Made by a program: the position numbers and the translations under genes
Notes under the pieces: model-generated
Told to the model about the DNA's origin: nothing
Seen by the model: the letters and a program-made list of their open reading frames with translations, nothing else
Database searches by the model: none
Source of the DNA: a virus
Lineage: Duplodnaviria > Caudoviricetes
Direction: 5' to 3' (one strand)
IMG/VR virus record: IMGVR_UViG_3300038400_000028
Span: 1-54,299 of that record
DNA: 54,299 nucleotides
Shown: piece after piece, positions 54,060-54,299 of the stretch
Numbering within the stretch: position 1 is the first letter of the stretch
Layout: each line of letters opens with the position of its first letter

Positions 54060-54299
54060 CTAGCGCGGCACGAGGTAGCCATTCCATCTTGTGATCGTTA
54101 ACGTGTTGTTAACCACGCTTGTACCAGCATCGACCGCGCGCCAGTAGGTGCTGTTCGTTTGCAGCATCAGGGCAGCGATCGTTTGCCCGTTTGTGTGGAT
54201 CATGCCATCGCCCAAATAGCTCGCCGCCAGATTCCCTGCGTTCAGTGTCGCCTGTGGGCTGGCGCCGGTCAGCGGCCGCGGGTCGATCACGAGTGGGCT
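54060..54299 (-). CDS. 3' part of the junction-spanning tail gene
   Basis: Same frame as 1..1222 through the 127-nt overlap; ends ...RWNGYLVPR*. Confidence 0.75.
   Translation of the reverse strand, partial: SPLVIDPRPLTGASPQATLNAGNLAASYLGDGMIHTNGQTIAALMLQTNSTYWRAVDAGTSVVNNTLTITRWNGYLVPR
54173..54299. repeat. 127-nt terminal direct repeat (copy 2)
   Basis: Identical to 1-127. Confidence 0.95.

Noticed and set aside
51981-54299. Diversity-generating retroelement acting on tail genes
   Set aside because: No reverse transcriptase or TR/VR pair seen

Overview
This window is an apparently complete, circular temperate tailed-phage genome of about 54,172 bp; the first 127 nt repeat exactly at 54173-54299, which looks like an assembly overlap. 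It is GC-rich, has siphovirus-type structural genes and probably infects a Chloroflexota host (a secreted protein ends in IYLPFVRR). The minus-strand late arm (about 23.4 kb to 1, wrapping to 51.5 kb) encodes lysis genes, TerS/TerL, a portal-MuF fusion, protease, HK97-fold capsid, head-tail and tail genes, a frameshifted tail chaperone and a tape measure protein. The plus-strand early arm (25.7-51.5 kb) carries a CI/Cro switch, RecT-like, DnaJ, vWA and primase-helicase genes with an iteron origin, RuvC, three DNA methyltransferases, a Mom-like gene, Xis/Int with a tRNA-Thr attP, and a ParM-like actin cassette. The most unusual elements are: (1) a stand-alone Cas11c (Cas8c C-terminus)-like protein fused to an RHH-like domain in an operator-controlled two-gene operon, with no other cas genes (candidate anti-CRISPR decoy); (2) two free-standing homing endonucleases that each appear to have inserted into a gene while supplying a replacement 3' end; (3) a hairpin sRNA whose loop is complementary to the lysis/late leader; (4) a FixL-like PAS protein inside the lysis cassette; (5) a tRNA-like antisense RNA after the capsid gene. 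All calls come from reading motifs by eye; no database search or folding program was run.
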